From NCBI GenBank assembly GCA_026770705.1, contig JANJGN010000026.1, positions 36,332,001 to 36,396,000 on the forward strand: a stretch of 64,000 nucleotides of DNA, read 5' to 3'. This DNA is from Isurus oxyrinchus (Eukaryota). Under the pieces are notes generated by a model, which was not told the origin of the DNA, did no database searches, and saw nothing but the letters and a program-made list of their open reading frames with translations. This document shows positions 12,861 to 25,760 of this stretch, in pieces. The position numbers were made by a program, and so were the translations under genes. The first letter of the stretch is position 1. Each line of letters starts with the position of its first letter.

Positions 12861-13589
12861 ACTTTTACAAAATATCCCATTCTGTTCAAACCTGTTCGAC
12901 AATCCTTATTTCAGTCAGATGGATGAGGTATCGCATTGTTGTGTTCAAATCCCTTCGGGGCCATTGTATGTCTGTATCTCCTGAAAATAGGCTGTGAATA
13001 GTTCTAATGAGAAGTGAGCAGGTTATTCAACGGGAGAAGCGAGCACTGATGCTGAAGCAACATTAACAATTTCCCTTCACTGTCCCAGATCCCCAGATTG
13101 CAGCAGTTTAGACAATTCAGATTCTCTTGTAGCTGTAAACACAATGGCATCGAATTACTGCCCAAGCGTCCTGCGATCTGTTTCTTCCAGACACTTGCAT
13201 TCATCATTTAAAGACGGGTACTTCACACTGGGGGGCTGATGGCACTGAACTGGCTGTATTCAGTATGAGAAAGTGAGAAAGAACAAAAGTACAACATGTG
13301 ACTCAGGGACGAGCAGATTCGCCCTCCTAAATGGTCCTCACGAATTTTTTTAACTGGCCGAGAAAGTCTCCCAACGCATTGTTGGGTGACAGAATGAATC
13401 TAATTCTAGAGTTGTTTGCATCGAGTCTCTTTCTCATTCGCACCAAAATAATTTACAGCTAAATGTGCATCGATAATCTCCACCGGATAATAGCAATTGT
13501 TTGCATATCTATTTATAGGTCAATGTATTTGTGCATTTTTGTGTGTTTGTCTGTGTATGAGTATAAAAATGTGTATATATCGTGTCTAT

Positions 13590-14640
13590 GTGTATCGCGA
13601 GGCTTGATATACAAGAATTTTCAGCAAAACCATGCAATTATTTCATGATGGTATCACTGCAATAGTCTTGAGTGGCAGAGTTAAAAAAGACACCTTGGAA
13701 ATCCGAACTCGGCTCAAGCAAAGCTGTGTGATAGCGCCCTTGCTGTTTACACTCTGCCTGACAGTGTCTATTCACCTAAACAAAGATCAACGGCCCTCTG
13801 GTGGCAGTGTTAAGCACCGCTTCTGTGGAAAACTGTAACTCAGTCACCTCCGCACCAAAATTAAATTGACCATCACATTATCAACAGTTTGAAGAGAACT
13901 GCGGTGTCATTGTGCACTATGCGGTGCGCTTACAAATCATTCTTGATTTCTTCAATTCTGCAAACAGGAGATTCGGCCTGCCCTTGAAATTTTCCAAAAC
14001 AAAACTCAAATTTCAACTCAAATCTGGCCAGTCAAGTACTCTACCTGCCATAAATGTTGAAGGGGAGAATGTGGAATAAGTGGCAGCCAGCTCTCTCAAA
14101 AGGCCACCACTGACGAGGAGATCCAACACCAGCTTCGCCTTCTGAAAACTACGACAGCGAGTGTTCACAAAAAAGACCTCTGCAAGACAACAGTGGTCCG
14201 AATGTACAGAGCAGTTGCCATCAACAGGCTCCCGTACCGCAGTGAGAACTGGGCCAGTTATCAATGAAACCTAACAGCTCGAGAGGATTTCCATCAGCAA
14301 TGACACGCCACGCCATTTGGTTTTATGGTAGGACCACTGAACAAACAGTTGTGTCCTTCTTGGAGTCAGCTCCATAAGCATTCATGAAAGACTTGTGCAA
14401 AATCAGTTACAGTGGTCTGGACACTGTGTCAGGATGGGCTAAAAGCGTCTCCACCACCAGGTTCCTTTCTCTCAACTTTCCAATGGCCAACGCCCCAGAA
14501 GAGGGTAAATAAAGCATCTCAAGGGTACCCTGAAGATCTCCTTGAAGTGCGGGGTAGATCTCGCACTGTACACCCAGGGATGAGCAAACTTCCTTGCCCG
14601 GGGGCCACATCTGGGTATGGAAATCGTTTGTGGACCGTAA
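13590..14640 (+). mobile_element. RTE-clade LINE RT fragment, degenerate
   Basis: LFHDGITA...IRTRLKQSCVIAPLLFTL (cf. GVKQGCVLAPTLF), followed by remnants of a BovB/RTE-like C-terminus. Confidence 0.7.
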
Positions 14641-14719
14641 ATGCTGCTGAACAATTAAAACAAATATTGATTTTGGTACAAATAAACATTATACATTTGC
14701 GATTAGAATTGTTAAACCA

Positions 14720-15080
14720 TCACAGAATTTATAGAATTATTCAAAATCACAAGAGTCTGGAAAGGGTATATTGGGAGAAACTCCTCCCATTTGTGGAAGG
14801 ATCGATAACCAAAGGAGACAGCTCTAAGATAATTTGCAGAAGAAGCAACGGCGACATGAGGAAAAACTTTTCCATGCAGCGAATGATTAGGATCTGGAAT
14901 GCAGGTTGATCGGGACTTTCAAAAGGGAACTGGGTCGTTATCTGTAAAAGATTTTAAAAAAAGACACAGGTTACGGGGAAAAGACTATGAATAGGATTGG
15001 ATGAATTTATCCTCCAGGGGCCAGCAAAAGCGCGAAGGACCCAACGATCTTCTTCTGTGCTCTTCCGACTCTATGAGTCT
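14720..15080 (+). mobile_element. CR1-type LINE 3' end
   Basis: EKLLPFVEGSITKG...RKNFSMQRMIRIWN. Confidence 0.7.
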
Positions 15081-16096
15081 ATTACGATGCATTGCAATAA
15101 TTTAACCAAACAGCCGCTTCTCACACTCTCTTGACTTCAAGTAAACAGCATAGTTTGTCACCCCTCATTACTAAGACATCAACGTATGGTTTCAGACTTG
15201 TTCTGGAAATACACAATAAGTAATTGCGATGCTGGTGATTAGGTTGGTTCTGTAGAGCGTTTTGCTGCATTTCAGCAAAGAAAAGGTTTGTGTGCGCACA
15301 TCAGTGGAGCCTAACATAACAGGGATTTTCTCTGCCACCTTGAAGATAATTGGGAGTGCAGGTTCTCTCCAGGAAGCAGAAAATCTGTCAAGTTATTCTG
15401 GATTGTTGTTTTCCATGAAAGTTTTATCTTTATGCTGGAAAAGCTTCAGGTTGTCAGCCTTCTCTGTCACATTCTTCTGCCCTCCAGAAAGTTTGCAATG
15501 TTATGACAATAATGTGATTATGGGAAATTTATCTCTTACTTTGCCCTTGTAACAGGATGTTAAGGAAACTGGCCGACAGCCACAAAAGTTTAAACAAATC
15601 AAAGAACAAAGTCAGAAATTAAGGTAGAGAATCCTAGTCAGTCATCTATCTGCATTACAGCCAACACAGCTTCTGATGTTCTGATCTAATCAACTATTTT
15701 ATCTGCATCCCATCTGAAAGGTGCATCTCCGGAACTGCAGTAATCCCTCAGTTCTGCACTGCAGAATCAGCCTGATTGACTGGGACTTGAAGCCAGAACC
15801 GCCTGATTTAGAGGCAACAGCGCCACCAAGTGAATCACCATTGTCGCAGGGCAAGTAGAATATAAGTTTGGGTAACTTGGATTATTCATGGTTAATTTTT
15901 TACTATTCAGGAAACAGCGGTGTTTACACAGGAAATGGAGGAGGAGTCAGGTTTCTGAAGGGGAAGATGGTGAACCCCAGCCTGACACTGGGTTCCAGCC
16001 TGTTTAAAAAGTGAACGGAACAGCTTCAAATTAACAATTAGGAAGCAGTGTCGGGGAGTCTTTACAAGGCTGGAGAAACTTCTACCGAAAAAGCAA

Positions 16097-16145
16097 ATGA
16101 TGGTGCTCTTCCTGTACCTCTGTTTGTTTCTAGTTAGCTTTACTT
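16097..16145 (+). CDS. Leader exon of IgH-like V gene
   Basis: MMVLFLYLCLFLVSFT plus 1 nt (phase 1), donor gtgagt, 120-bp intron to the V exon. Confidence 0.9.
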
Positions 16146-16265
16146 GTGAGTGCTGATCATTTATTGATCGTAGAGTCATTAATATTTTAAATATTCTGGT
16201 TTACTTTGTTGCATTTTAAAATGTCTCTTTTCACCGAGATTTGCTCCTTTATAATTTGCTCGTAG

Positions 16266-16565
16266 GTGTCCGGGCCAGCATTGTGCTAACCCAACCGGAT
16301 TCCATCTCCAAAAACATTGGTGACACTCTCCAACTGTCTTGTGCGGTGAGTGGGTACGATATCAACCAACATCATATGCACTGGATTAGAGAGGTCGCCG
16401 GGGGAGGGTTGGAATCCATACTCGCTTATAGGAAAGGGTACAACACCTCTTACGCGCCTGGAGTTCAAAGTCGAATCACTTTTTCAACTGAATCTTCCAC
16501 AACCTATGTTGAGTTGAATAATTTGAAAACCAAGGACACGGCCATCTATTACTGTGCGAGGCAGT
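16266..16565 (+). CDS. Intact IgH-type V segment (IgW-like / TCR-associated Ig-like V)
   Basis: Acceptor cgtag. SIVLTQP...LQLSCAVSG...MHWIRE...GLE...YAPGVQSRITFS...DTAIYYCARQ, in frame with the leader and with no stops. Confidence 0.92.
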
Positions 16566-16604
16566 CACGGTGAGAGAAACCAAGGCTGGACCCAGGAAAA
16601 AACA
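16566..16604 (+). other. 23-bp-spacer RSS of VH
   Basis: CACGGTG, 23 bp, GAAAAAACA (nonamer non-consensus). Confidence 0.8.
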
Positions 16605-16937
16605 GAACGAGGGGGAATCTAAACGCTCCAGGCAGAACACCTCGTTCAGAAACAATGTTCGTAATACAGTCTGACTCTGAACCTCGAGTTACCCCTTAAC
16701 AAATGAATTTCAGCAAAACAATTGTTTGCTTTCTCATGTGTATTATGTTTAGCAAAAATGTTTGGAGACCCAGGGGCTAACGTTTCAACAATATGCTATT
16801 GAAGGATTTTAGAAGGACTGGCGATACATACCTATCAGTTGGAATGAATCTATCCTGAACACTTCTCATCGTTGACAGTAAAGCAAACGCTCGTGAAATG
16901 GAGTCTGAAAGTCAGGATTTGATCAGAAAGGGAATGC

Positions 16938-17012
16938 AGTATTTGTGCGGGCGTGTGTCACTGTGATACTATGGGGTGGGGTATCACATTACTAACTGTC
17001 AATACAAAAAAC
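16938..17012 (+). other. D segment (16966-16984) flanked by 12/12 RSSs
   Basis: AGTATTTGT-12-CACTGTG | ATACTATGGGGTGGGGTAT | CACATTA-12-ACAAAAAAC. Confidence 0.85.
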
Positions 17013-17340
17013 CCGACAGAACTTATAGGCTCAGTCTGGATCACTGACTGCGAGTATGAGTTCGCTATACATGTGGTGAAGCAGTGTTGATATTGTAATC
17101 CAGAACTGAAACTCTCGCCGGGTTTAAGAGAGAGAGAGAGAGAACTGCTAGATAATTATTCAGGAATCAGTTGGTGATTGGAAGAAGCATTCAATTTGGG
17201 CAATCAAATGAGGAAAGACTGATGTATAAACATGAAAATTAATGAAATTGTACCTTTGTAATGCTTTAGAAATCTATTGTTAGTTGTGCGATGTTACTTT
17301 CTAAAAGAATGGCCTCTTTCCTCAATTTTATGCAGGACCC

Positions 17341-17379
17341 ATTTATTGTGTGGCCCATTGCAGGGAATGTAACACAGTG
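17341..17379 (+). other. 23-bp-spacer RSS of JH
   Basis: ATTTATTGT, 23 bp, CACAGTG. Confidence 0.8.
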
Positions 17380-17433
17380 GTACTGATAGCCTTGACTACT
17401 GGGGACAAGGTACCAAAGTTACAGTGACGGCAG
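17380..17433 (+). CDS. IgH-type J segment
   Basis: TDSLDYWGQGTKVTVTA plus G, donor gtaaga; carries the WGxG motif. Confidence 0.93.
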
Positions 17434-18037
17434 GTAAGAAACATGCACTATCTTAATAATTAGGTTATATTCCTGTCTTTATCTTAAATTATGTTTTTTT
17501 TAAATTAATTACTTTGGCCATCCATTATGATTAGTGGGCTCTTTAAGTTTGAATGCAATGTTACTTGTGATTGTGCTCAAGGTGCTGTTAGAATAAAGCG
17601 ACTGTTCCAGAGTAGGTGCCGGTCTGGGGTTGAACCTCTCACTAAACTGTTGATTTTATACGGACAGAATCTGACAACAGTAAACAAATGAGTTCTGTGA
17701 CAGTCTATGTCTCTGGCCCTTTTCATGATATATTGATATTCTTTGAGATGATGTGATACCGTAGTATTGTGACAGAGTTGAACATTCGCGAATCTTCGCT
17801 GTGAAACACAGAACTATTTCAAATAGACCATTGCTAAGTCCTTCATTTGAAATACACTCCGAGAGCAAATCTGTTTTATGTCATGTTATTATGTTTTACA
17901 ATGTGGATAATTTACTGCGAGCATCTAGTGAGAAAAGAATATTAGAATCACAGATCATTTCAATGTGATTTTATTGAAGAAAGAAAAGCATTTGCCAGTT
18001 GTGCGTAACTTTTGGAACGATACACGATATATTCATA

Positions 18038-18205
18038 AAAAAGCAAAATACTGTGGATGCTGGAAATCTGAACTAAAAACAGAAAATGCAGGAACAACTC
18101 AGCACGATTGGCAGCATCTATGGAGAATGAAACAAAGTTAACGTTTCGAGATCGTATGGCTCTTCTTCAGAGTTCTGACTCGAAACATTAACACTGTTTC
18201 TCACT
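18038..18205 (+). repeat. Abundant short interspersed repeat (related copies ~5280, ~37462-37563 reverse, ~45541)
   Basis: aaaagcaaaatactgtggatgctggaaatctg...cagcatct..ggag...gttaacgtttcgag; four related copies in the window. Confidence 0.7.
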
Positions 18206-18879
18206 CAATTTGTTAATATTGATTAAGTTTATATTGGAAGCCCTAAATTGAACTGAGTGATGGAGTGTAGTGTGATAGCCTCTAAAACACAAAAGTTATC
18301 AGAAACAAACAGTTGCAAATTTCACATTTGTTCATCTTATTAAAATACAGCAAACATTTACAAATTTCGGAGGTGATTTAGAGAACGATTTAAATTCGTT
18401 TTTTCCTAATATGTGAAATACGCCCTGAGAATAGACGGAGTTTATGCTATATCATTTTGTTCAAAAACATGTAATGTTTATAAGGGTGCAAGCAGATAGT
18501 AAGACTGCTCATTTTAAATCAATGAAGTTGAATTTGCTTCAAGTAAAATAACATTAACCAAATGTATTCATATATTGAGTGGACACTAAATTTTTAATAT
18601 TGATAAAGTATCCTGTTAACCTAACTTGAACGCTAAAATCTCGCGAATTACCAGGCAGGGGCAGGATTGAAATTGATATTAACTAATACCTTTATAATAC
18701 AGGATACATGAACGAATGGATATTATCTTGCACGAATATTATCTGACAATAATTCGAACTTTTTATCGCATCAAACATAAACAACCTTCTACAATTTCAT
18801 TGTAAACTGGCCAGGATTACCATGAGTGCAAATTCTGAAGGGTTGCAGAGAATATTTAATGGTATGATAGAGCCCTGGA

Positions 18880-20900
18880 GTAATAGAGTCACTGTGGGCA
18901 GGAAGGCATTCGGGGCATCGAGTGCATGCTGGACGTCTGTAGAACAAACCAGTTAGTCACACTCCAATGCTGTACCCTCATAGCCCTGGAAGTTTTGACT
19001 TCCCTGTCGTGTCAATCTAATTTCCTTTCTCAAATCATTGATAGTGTCCACCATTGCCACCATATTTGGCAACGAGTCATACCATGCGCTTCACAAAAGT
19101 CTCTTCCTCACACTGCCAGTACCTTTTTGTCAAAAACTTTACAACACGTGTCCCAAAACTCTTGAACTATTAATTAATGAAAACACCTTTTCTTTGCCTA
19201 TTTCTGTGACACTTTTTATATTTTTGCACATTTTATCAAATCTCCCCTTACTCTCCTTTACTCCAAGGACAACCCAGCTTCTCCAATATAACATTGTAGC
19301 TGAATTTCCTTAAGCCTAGAAGCATTCTGGTAAATCCCCTCTGCATCCTTTCAAGGACAGCCACAGCATTCCTAAATTGTGGTTACCAGAACTGGATGCA
19401 AAACTCAATTTTCTACCTCACCAGTGATTTATTAAGGATCAGCATAACTTTCCTGATTTTGTACTCAATTCCTTTATTTAGGACGCCCAAGATCCAAATG
19501 CATTGCTAAATGATCTCTCAATATGCCCTGCCACATTCAAAGGTCGATGCATATGGACCTCAGGTCCCTCTCCCATCGTGCATTCTTTAGAACGGTACCT
19601 TTAAATCTATATTGCCCCTCCCAGGCTCTACTGTGAAAATGCATCACCTCTCAATTCTGTGTTAAATTCCATCAGAACTTGTTTACCCCTCTGCTAGCCC
19701 ATCTAGTTTCTGTTGCAGCCGCTCGTATCACGCTCACTGTTTGTGACACCACAAGACTTGGTATCATCCACATATTTTGAAACTTCATTCCGCAATCCAA
19801 TGTCCAAGGCATAGAATCTCAATTTATTGCATTTGATCTGCTTTTTACTTGATCAATTTTGCTTATATGCATTATGCACCCTCTATTTTGTTTAATCACA
19901 TTTACTATCTCCCCCTTCATCCAAGGAGCAATGACTTTGGTTCTCCTACGTTTTGCTCTTATTGGAAAGTAACAAGGTTGCACCGAAAATATCTTGTCCT
20001 TAAAATCATCCATTGTTCCGTTGCTGCTTTTCCTCTCAGTCTTTGGTTCTATTTTAACTAAATCCCCTCACATTACATTAAATTTAGTCCTCTTCCAATT
20101 TAGAAATTTTACTTTAGATTGTTACTTGCTGTTCTGTATTACTAGTCAGAACAATATGACACGATGATCACTTCTATTCATGTGTTTTCCACAGACATTT
20201 AGCCCATGTGATCCACGTTATTCCACAACCCAAACTCTAGTAATTCCTCCTTCCTGGTTGGGCCGGAAGCAGACTGGATAAGGAATTCGCCCTGAACACA
20301 TTTCCTAAATTCCTCCCACTCCTTATCCTTCCCTAAAACATTATTTCAATCGACATTTGGGTAATCAGAAAGTCCCAAAATAACACAAGTATTTGCATCT
20401 CTGTGATTTCCCTACAGATTCGCTCTCCTTCTTTCTTTCTCTCTCACTCCTGCCTCTCTTTCACTCTTTCTCCCCACCACCCCACCCCCACACCCACCCC
20501 CCACCCCCACTCTCTCCCACTCATCCCTCTCTCTCTCTCTCTCTTTCGGACTCTCCATTTGGCCAATACAATACCCTTCACAGCGTGGTCAACCCTTTTC
20601 CACTTCTCAGCTCGAACCAAATTGATTCTTCTCTTGTCGCCTCAAGGACATCCTCTCCTTCCAACACTGTAATGTCTTTCCCAGTCAACACCGCAACCCC
20701 ACCTCCTCTTCGCCCTCCCCTGTCTTCGTGCTTACCATTTCTAAGCCGGATTTCCCTCATAGTTACTACATCATTGTCCAAACGGATATTTGTGATTGCA
20801 ACTCACCAACTTTATTCACCAGACTCTTTGCTCTCACATACCCACATTTCAAACCTATCTTTGGATTGCCCGTCAACCATTTTAGTCCATTCTATCTGAT
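18880..20900 (-). mobile_element. CR1-type LINE (endonuclease to 3' end), internally deleted
   Basis: DRGGRRGGGVAVL...EESIWFELRSGKG (APE domain), APWMKGEI linker, CR1 3' tail near 18890. Confidence 0.75.
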
Positions 20901-21049
20901 AGGATGCTATTTCATTCTCTATTAATATCCAACAGTCTACCTCAATTTATGTATTTTATTAACCTGTTCTCCTAAGATATGCTGATGTCCACCCGCCCTC
21001 CACCCCCGCAAATTTAGTTCAAAACATCTCCAGCAACTCTAGTGAATGT

Positions 21050-23215
21050 TTTTCTTCGTTCTTTCATGTGGGTGGCGCTAGCTAGACCACCGTTAATTGC
21101 CTATTCATATTGGCCTTAAGAACCTGGTTATTAGTTGTCTCCTTGAACCGCTGCATTCCATGTGGCCTAGATGCTCAAGCAGTGCTGTGAGAAAGACAGT
21201 TCCAAGGTTTTAACTTGGTGCCAGTGAAGGAATAGTGGTGTCGTACCAAGTCGGGATATGTGTGCCGTTTGCAGGGTAATTTGCAGGTGATGGTGTTCAC
21301 ATGTATTTGCTGCCCATGTCCTTCTAGGTGGCACAGGTCACTTGTTTGGAAGGTACTGTCGAAGGAGCCTTAGTGAGTTGCTGCGGTGCATAATTTAGAT
21401 GATACACGCTGCTGCCACCATGCGTTAGTGGTGGAGGGAGTGACTGCTAAAAGTAGTGGATAGAGGGCAGGGGTCGCAGTCAAGCGGGCTGCTTTTTCCT
21501 GGACGGTGTCGAGCTTCTTGAGTGTTTTATGGGCTGTACTCGCCCAGGCGAGTGGACAGCTTGCCATCACACTCCTGACTTATGTCTTGTAGATGGTGGA
21601 CAGGATTTGTACAATCAGATATTAAGTACCTCACTACCGAATTTCCAGCCTCTGAACTGCCTTTGTCGCCAAAGCACTGCTATGCATTGTCCACTTCTGT
21701 TTTGGGGAAATGGCTATCCCAAAGATGTTGATAGTGGAGGATTCAGCGGTGGTAATGCCATTGAATGTCAAGGCGAGATGTTTGGATAAGCTTTTGTTGG
21801 ATATGTTCGTTGCTTGGCAATTGTGTGGCGTGAATGGTATTTGTCACTTATAAGATCAAGCCAGAATGTTGTTCTTGTCTTGATGCAGCAGTTGGACATG
21901 TACGGCTGCAGTGTCTGAGGAGTCACGGGTGGTGTTGAACATTGTGCAATCATCAGCAAACATCCCCACCTTATAATAGAGGGCGGCTCATTGATGATGC
22001 AGCTGAAGATAGTTGGGCCTAGGCCACTACCCCGAGGAACTCCTGCAGTGATGTCCTGCGACTGAGATGGATGACCTTCAAAAGCAATCATCTTCATTTG
22101 TGCTAGGCATAGCTCCAGTCAGTGGAAAGTTTTCTCCTGATTCCCATTGACTCCACTTTTGCTACGGCTCCCTGATGACCTAGTCAGTCAAAAGCTGCCT
22201 TGTCGTCAAGAGCCGTCATTCTCACTTCACATCTTCCTTTCTGCTATTTTGTCCTTGTTTGAACTAAAGCTGTAATAAGGCCAGGAGCTGAGTGGCCATG
22301 AAGGACCTCAAACTGAGCGCCAATGAACAGGTTATTGCTGAGTTACTGACGCTTGATAGCACTGTCAATGACACTTTCCAACGGTCTGCTAATGATCGAG
22401 AGCAGACTGATGGTTCAGTAATTGACCTGGTTGGATTTGTCCTGCTTTTTCCGCACAAGACACACTGGGAAATGTTCCACATTGCCGGATAGATGTCACT
22501 TGTAACTGTGCTGGAACGGCTCGGCTAGCGGTCTGGCACATCCTGGAGCACTGCTTTTGCAGTATGCAGTGCCTTCAGCCGTTTCTTGATATCACGTGTT
22601 TTGAATCGAATTGGCTGAAGACTGGCAACTGTTGTGCTGGATACCTCAGGACCAGGCCGAGATGGATTACCCACTCGGCACTTCTGGAGTAAGGTTGTTG
22701 TAAATGCTTCAGCCTTGCATTTTGCACTGATGTGCTGGGCTGCTCCATCATTGAGGATGGGGATATTTGTGGAGCCTCCTCCCCATATTCATTGTTGAAT
22801 TGTCTATCGCCAGTCACGGCTGGAAGTAGCAGGATTGAAGAGCTTAGAGCTGATCCATTGGTTGTGGGATTGCTTAGCTTTATCTATAGCATATTGATTC
22901 CGCTCATTGACACACAAGTAGTCCTGTGTTGTAGCTTCACCAGGGTGACGCCTTATTTTTAGGTATGCCTGGTGCTACTCTTGGATTGCCCTCCTGCACT
23001 CTTCATTGAACGAGGGTTTATGCCCCGGTTTGAAGGTAATGGTGGAGTGAGAGATGTACCAGGCCATGAGGTTACAAATTGTGATTGTGTACATTTGTGC
23101 TGCTTCTGATGGCCCAGTGCCTCAAGGTTGCACAGTCTTGAGTTGCTTGATCTGTTTGCAATCTATCCCAATGAGAGCGGTGGTAGTGGCACACAACACG
23201 GTGGAGGTGTCTTCA
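21050..23215 (-). mobile_element. CR1/L2-group LINE RT region, degenerate
   Basis: SQDITAGVPRGSGLGPTIFSCIIN and CPLAW...TLKKLDTVQEKAARL. Other pieces of this family lie at ~37200-38000 (+), ~43800-44160, ~50940-51160 and ~57860-58325. Confidence 0.8.
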
Positions 23216-24729
23216 ATGTGAACACGTGTGCATTAAGTTAAAACGTGAATTAATTGAGAAAACATTTCCCTTGGAAGGCGTCCGAGTTTATAACCTGTGA
23301 CTCCAGATTTTAATGCATTAACTTTCTGTTATTTCCCTTGATAGTTTTAGAGGTTACATTTTTGAAATTATTTCATGCAAGGTGAGTATCACTGGCAAGG
23401 CCAGCATTTGCTGCCCACCCCAAATTGCCTTGGATTGAATTGTGTCCCCTACTATTTCAGATGGCAGTTAAGAGTCACCCACATTTCTGTGGGTCTGGAG
23501 TCACATGTAGACAAGACCAGATCAGGATGGCAGATTCGTTTCCCTAACGGATATTAATAAACCAGATGGCTCTTTATGACAATCGATGGTAGTTTCATGG
23601 TCACCATGACTGAGGCTAGCTTTCAATAGTTGAATTAATTCCACCATCACCGTGGTGGGATTTGAATCTTTGTTCCCAGTGTATTACCATGGATTACTAC
23701 TCCAGTGCCACTAAACCCCCGTCTCATCCTAAAATTGTTTAATTATTGAAATATTTAATTATATTATGATAAGCCAGTGGGCAATCTGCTTACAATGTAA
23801 AGGTTTCCTAATTTACTAACTTCTTCCACCTCAGAAAGCCACTCTTCCAGACAGCAATCCCGCTGGCTGTAAATTACCGGATACAATTCTTTTTTATAGA
23901 AACCAGATCTTACTCGGTTTGCAGTATTATGTAAAGGGAAGGAAACGTTATTCGAAGTCGAAGGGAGGTTTTTAAATGAACAGCAGCTTAATTTAAGTGC
24001 TTGCAAACTTAATATTGTCGGAAATTTACCATTACTCAATTAAGATAAATTACCTTGTTTAATTTGACAAACAATAGAGATTTATCTGCCGAGAGCCAGA
24101 TTGTTGCACCGTTGGTATCTGTTTCTGTGTGTCTGCTCTGTGTGCGGATCAGGAATCCACCCGGCTGGTTATAAACCTTTTAGCTCATTCTCGTGTATTT
24201 CAGATAGTGCAATTCGACACATTGATTCAAGAAGGTTGTATTTCATAGAAAGGTTAAAGCTTGACATAAAGCTTAAGAAGGCGCCTCACAAGCAAGATCA
24301 GTAACCTAGTGTCTGATATATAGAAGGAACAACTTAGAAGCACTACAGAAAAGGCATGGAAGAATCTCTAATCTGTTCAGAACCAATGCTGTTTCTGACC
24401 CACCGTCCCTTGGTGGGCCAGCTTAATGGAAAGCATTAAAGACTAGGGGGAGCTGAATGATCTCCAGCCAATCTTTTCTAAAGTTGACATTACAGCGTAT
24501 GAGAGAACATTGTTAATAGGGCGTTACCCTGTCATCTGTCTTGTGTATCGAGGCAAACGCAGTGTTCAAGCAATGTTAATGTGCATCGACGTAATAAGGT
24601 TGAAGACCTCGAGTCAGCAATATAATATAAATGGTTTCATCTGTCGTAAGAAATAACCAAACGTTAATGAGTTTAAACTTCCATCAAAGACTGTCATTTT
24701 TAAATGAAGAGATTTATCTTGAATATCAG

Positions 24730-25342
24730 ATAATTACTTCATAAGATTTGCCTGACCCTGAGCTCAATTTCAGAACAAAATTATTCAGCAAGTACCTGTA
24801 AAGTCCCAGAAAGCAGCGCCTGTTAATCGTGGATATTATTCCAGCAATTTAAATGGACAGCATGGTGTTTCACTCAGTATCTAACACAGTAACCCATGTT
24901 ACATCTGCCCTGAGATTTTGGAGGGAACATTACTCTGTATTTAACGTGTGCTACACAAGACCTGGGGAATGTTCAATGGTACAGTGTAAAGGGATCCTTA
25001 TTCTATTTATAGCCTGTGTTGCGCCTTACCGAGGAATTTTTGATGCAGACAGATTGATGGGACTTTATTCTCCGTATAATCAGTGCTTTACCTGTCCAAG
25101 GCGAGGTTGCTGGGATGGGATTTTACTCTGTATGTAACTGGCAATGTACCTGCACTGAGAATTTTAAATGGAACATTTGAGAGGGAATATTACTCTGCAT
25201 CCAATCCGTGCCTGTACCTGCCCTGCGAATGCTGTACGAGGATCTTTACTTTATGCAGTGGCAGCTTCTTTCGATACTTAACCTATTCTTTACAAAGACA
25301 TGAGTACTGACAGTTTGGTGTATTATTACTCTCTCTGAGACT
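24730..25342 (+). pseudogene. TCR V pseudogene split by a satellite insertion
   Basis: 5' part KYL*SPRKQRLLIV (cf. WYLQSPGKQP) before 24850; 3' part DMSTDSLVYYYSL*D (cf. DSAVYYCALRD) directly before an RSS. Confidence 0.6.
24853..25250 (+). repeat. Degenerate ~60-70-bp tandem satellite
   Basis: Repeated ...tttgatgggacagtgtagaggga..tttactctgtat.taacc.gtgctgtacctgccctg... units. Confidence 0.75.
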
Positions 25343-25381
25343 CACAGTGATGTGGAGCAATCTCACCACCGTGCAAAAACT
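25343..25381 (+). other. Near-consensus 23-RSS
   Basis: CACAGTG, 23 bp, GCAAAAACT. Confidence 0.85.
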
Positions 25382-25760
25382 ACCTCTGGACTGTCGCTGG
25401 GAGCTCCTGTCCCTTTGGGGTTGTATAGAATTGCGGGCAGATGTCGCCTCAATGTGCAGCCCGCTTTCAGGCGCTGAAACATACATCTAGAGGAAGCCAG
25501 CTTAACCTCGAATCAAACTGTCACCCAACTGTTTTGAGAAGTGGTTGTGAAAACAAACTGCAGAATCCTATCATACCGATAGGTCGAGCACAGTTTCAGT
25601 CTTCTGATCAGTTGTTTATTCGCTTAATATTTCATATCAGCTGGGAGAGCGAGGCCACTGGCACTCAAGCGTCACTCAAAGCACGCCACTCGGCACAAGG
25701 CTAATGAGTCTAAAGCTGCCTGAAGCTCAGGGACACACAGAGACAGCAGACTGACGTCAC

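Noticed and set aside
16605-16937. A first (12/23) D segment expected in shark IgH clusters
   Set aside because: No heptamer/nonamer pair found between V and D or between D and J.
24101-24520. Leader-like LHRWYLFLCVCSVCGS plus a possible V exon
   Set aside because: No ATG, no GT donor, no canonical Cys/Trp and no convincing RSS; too weak to call.
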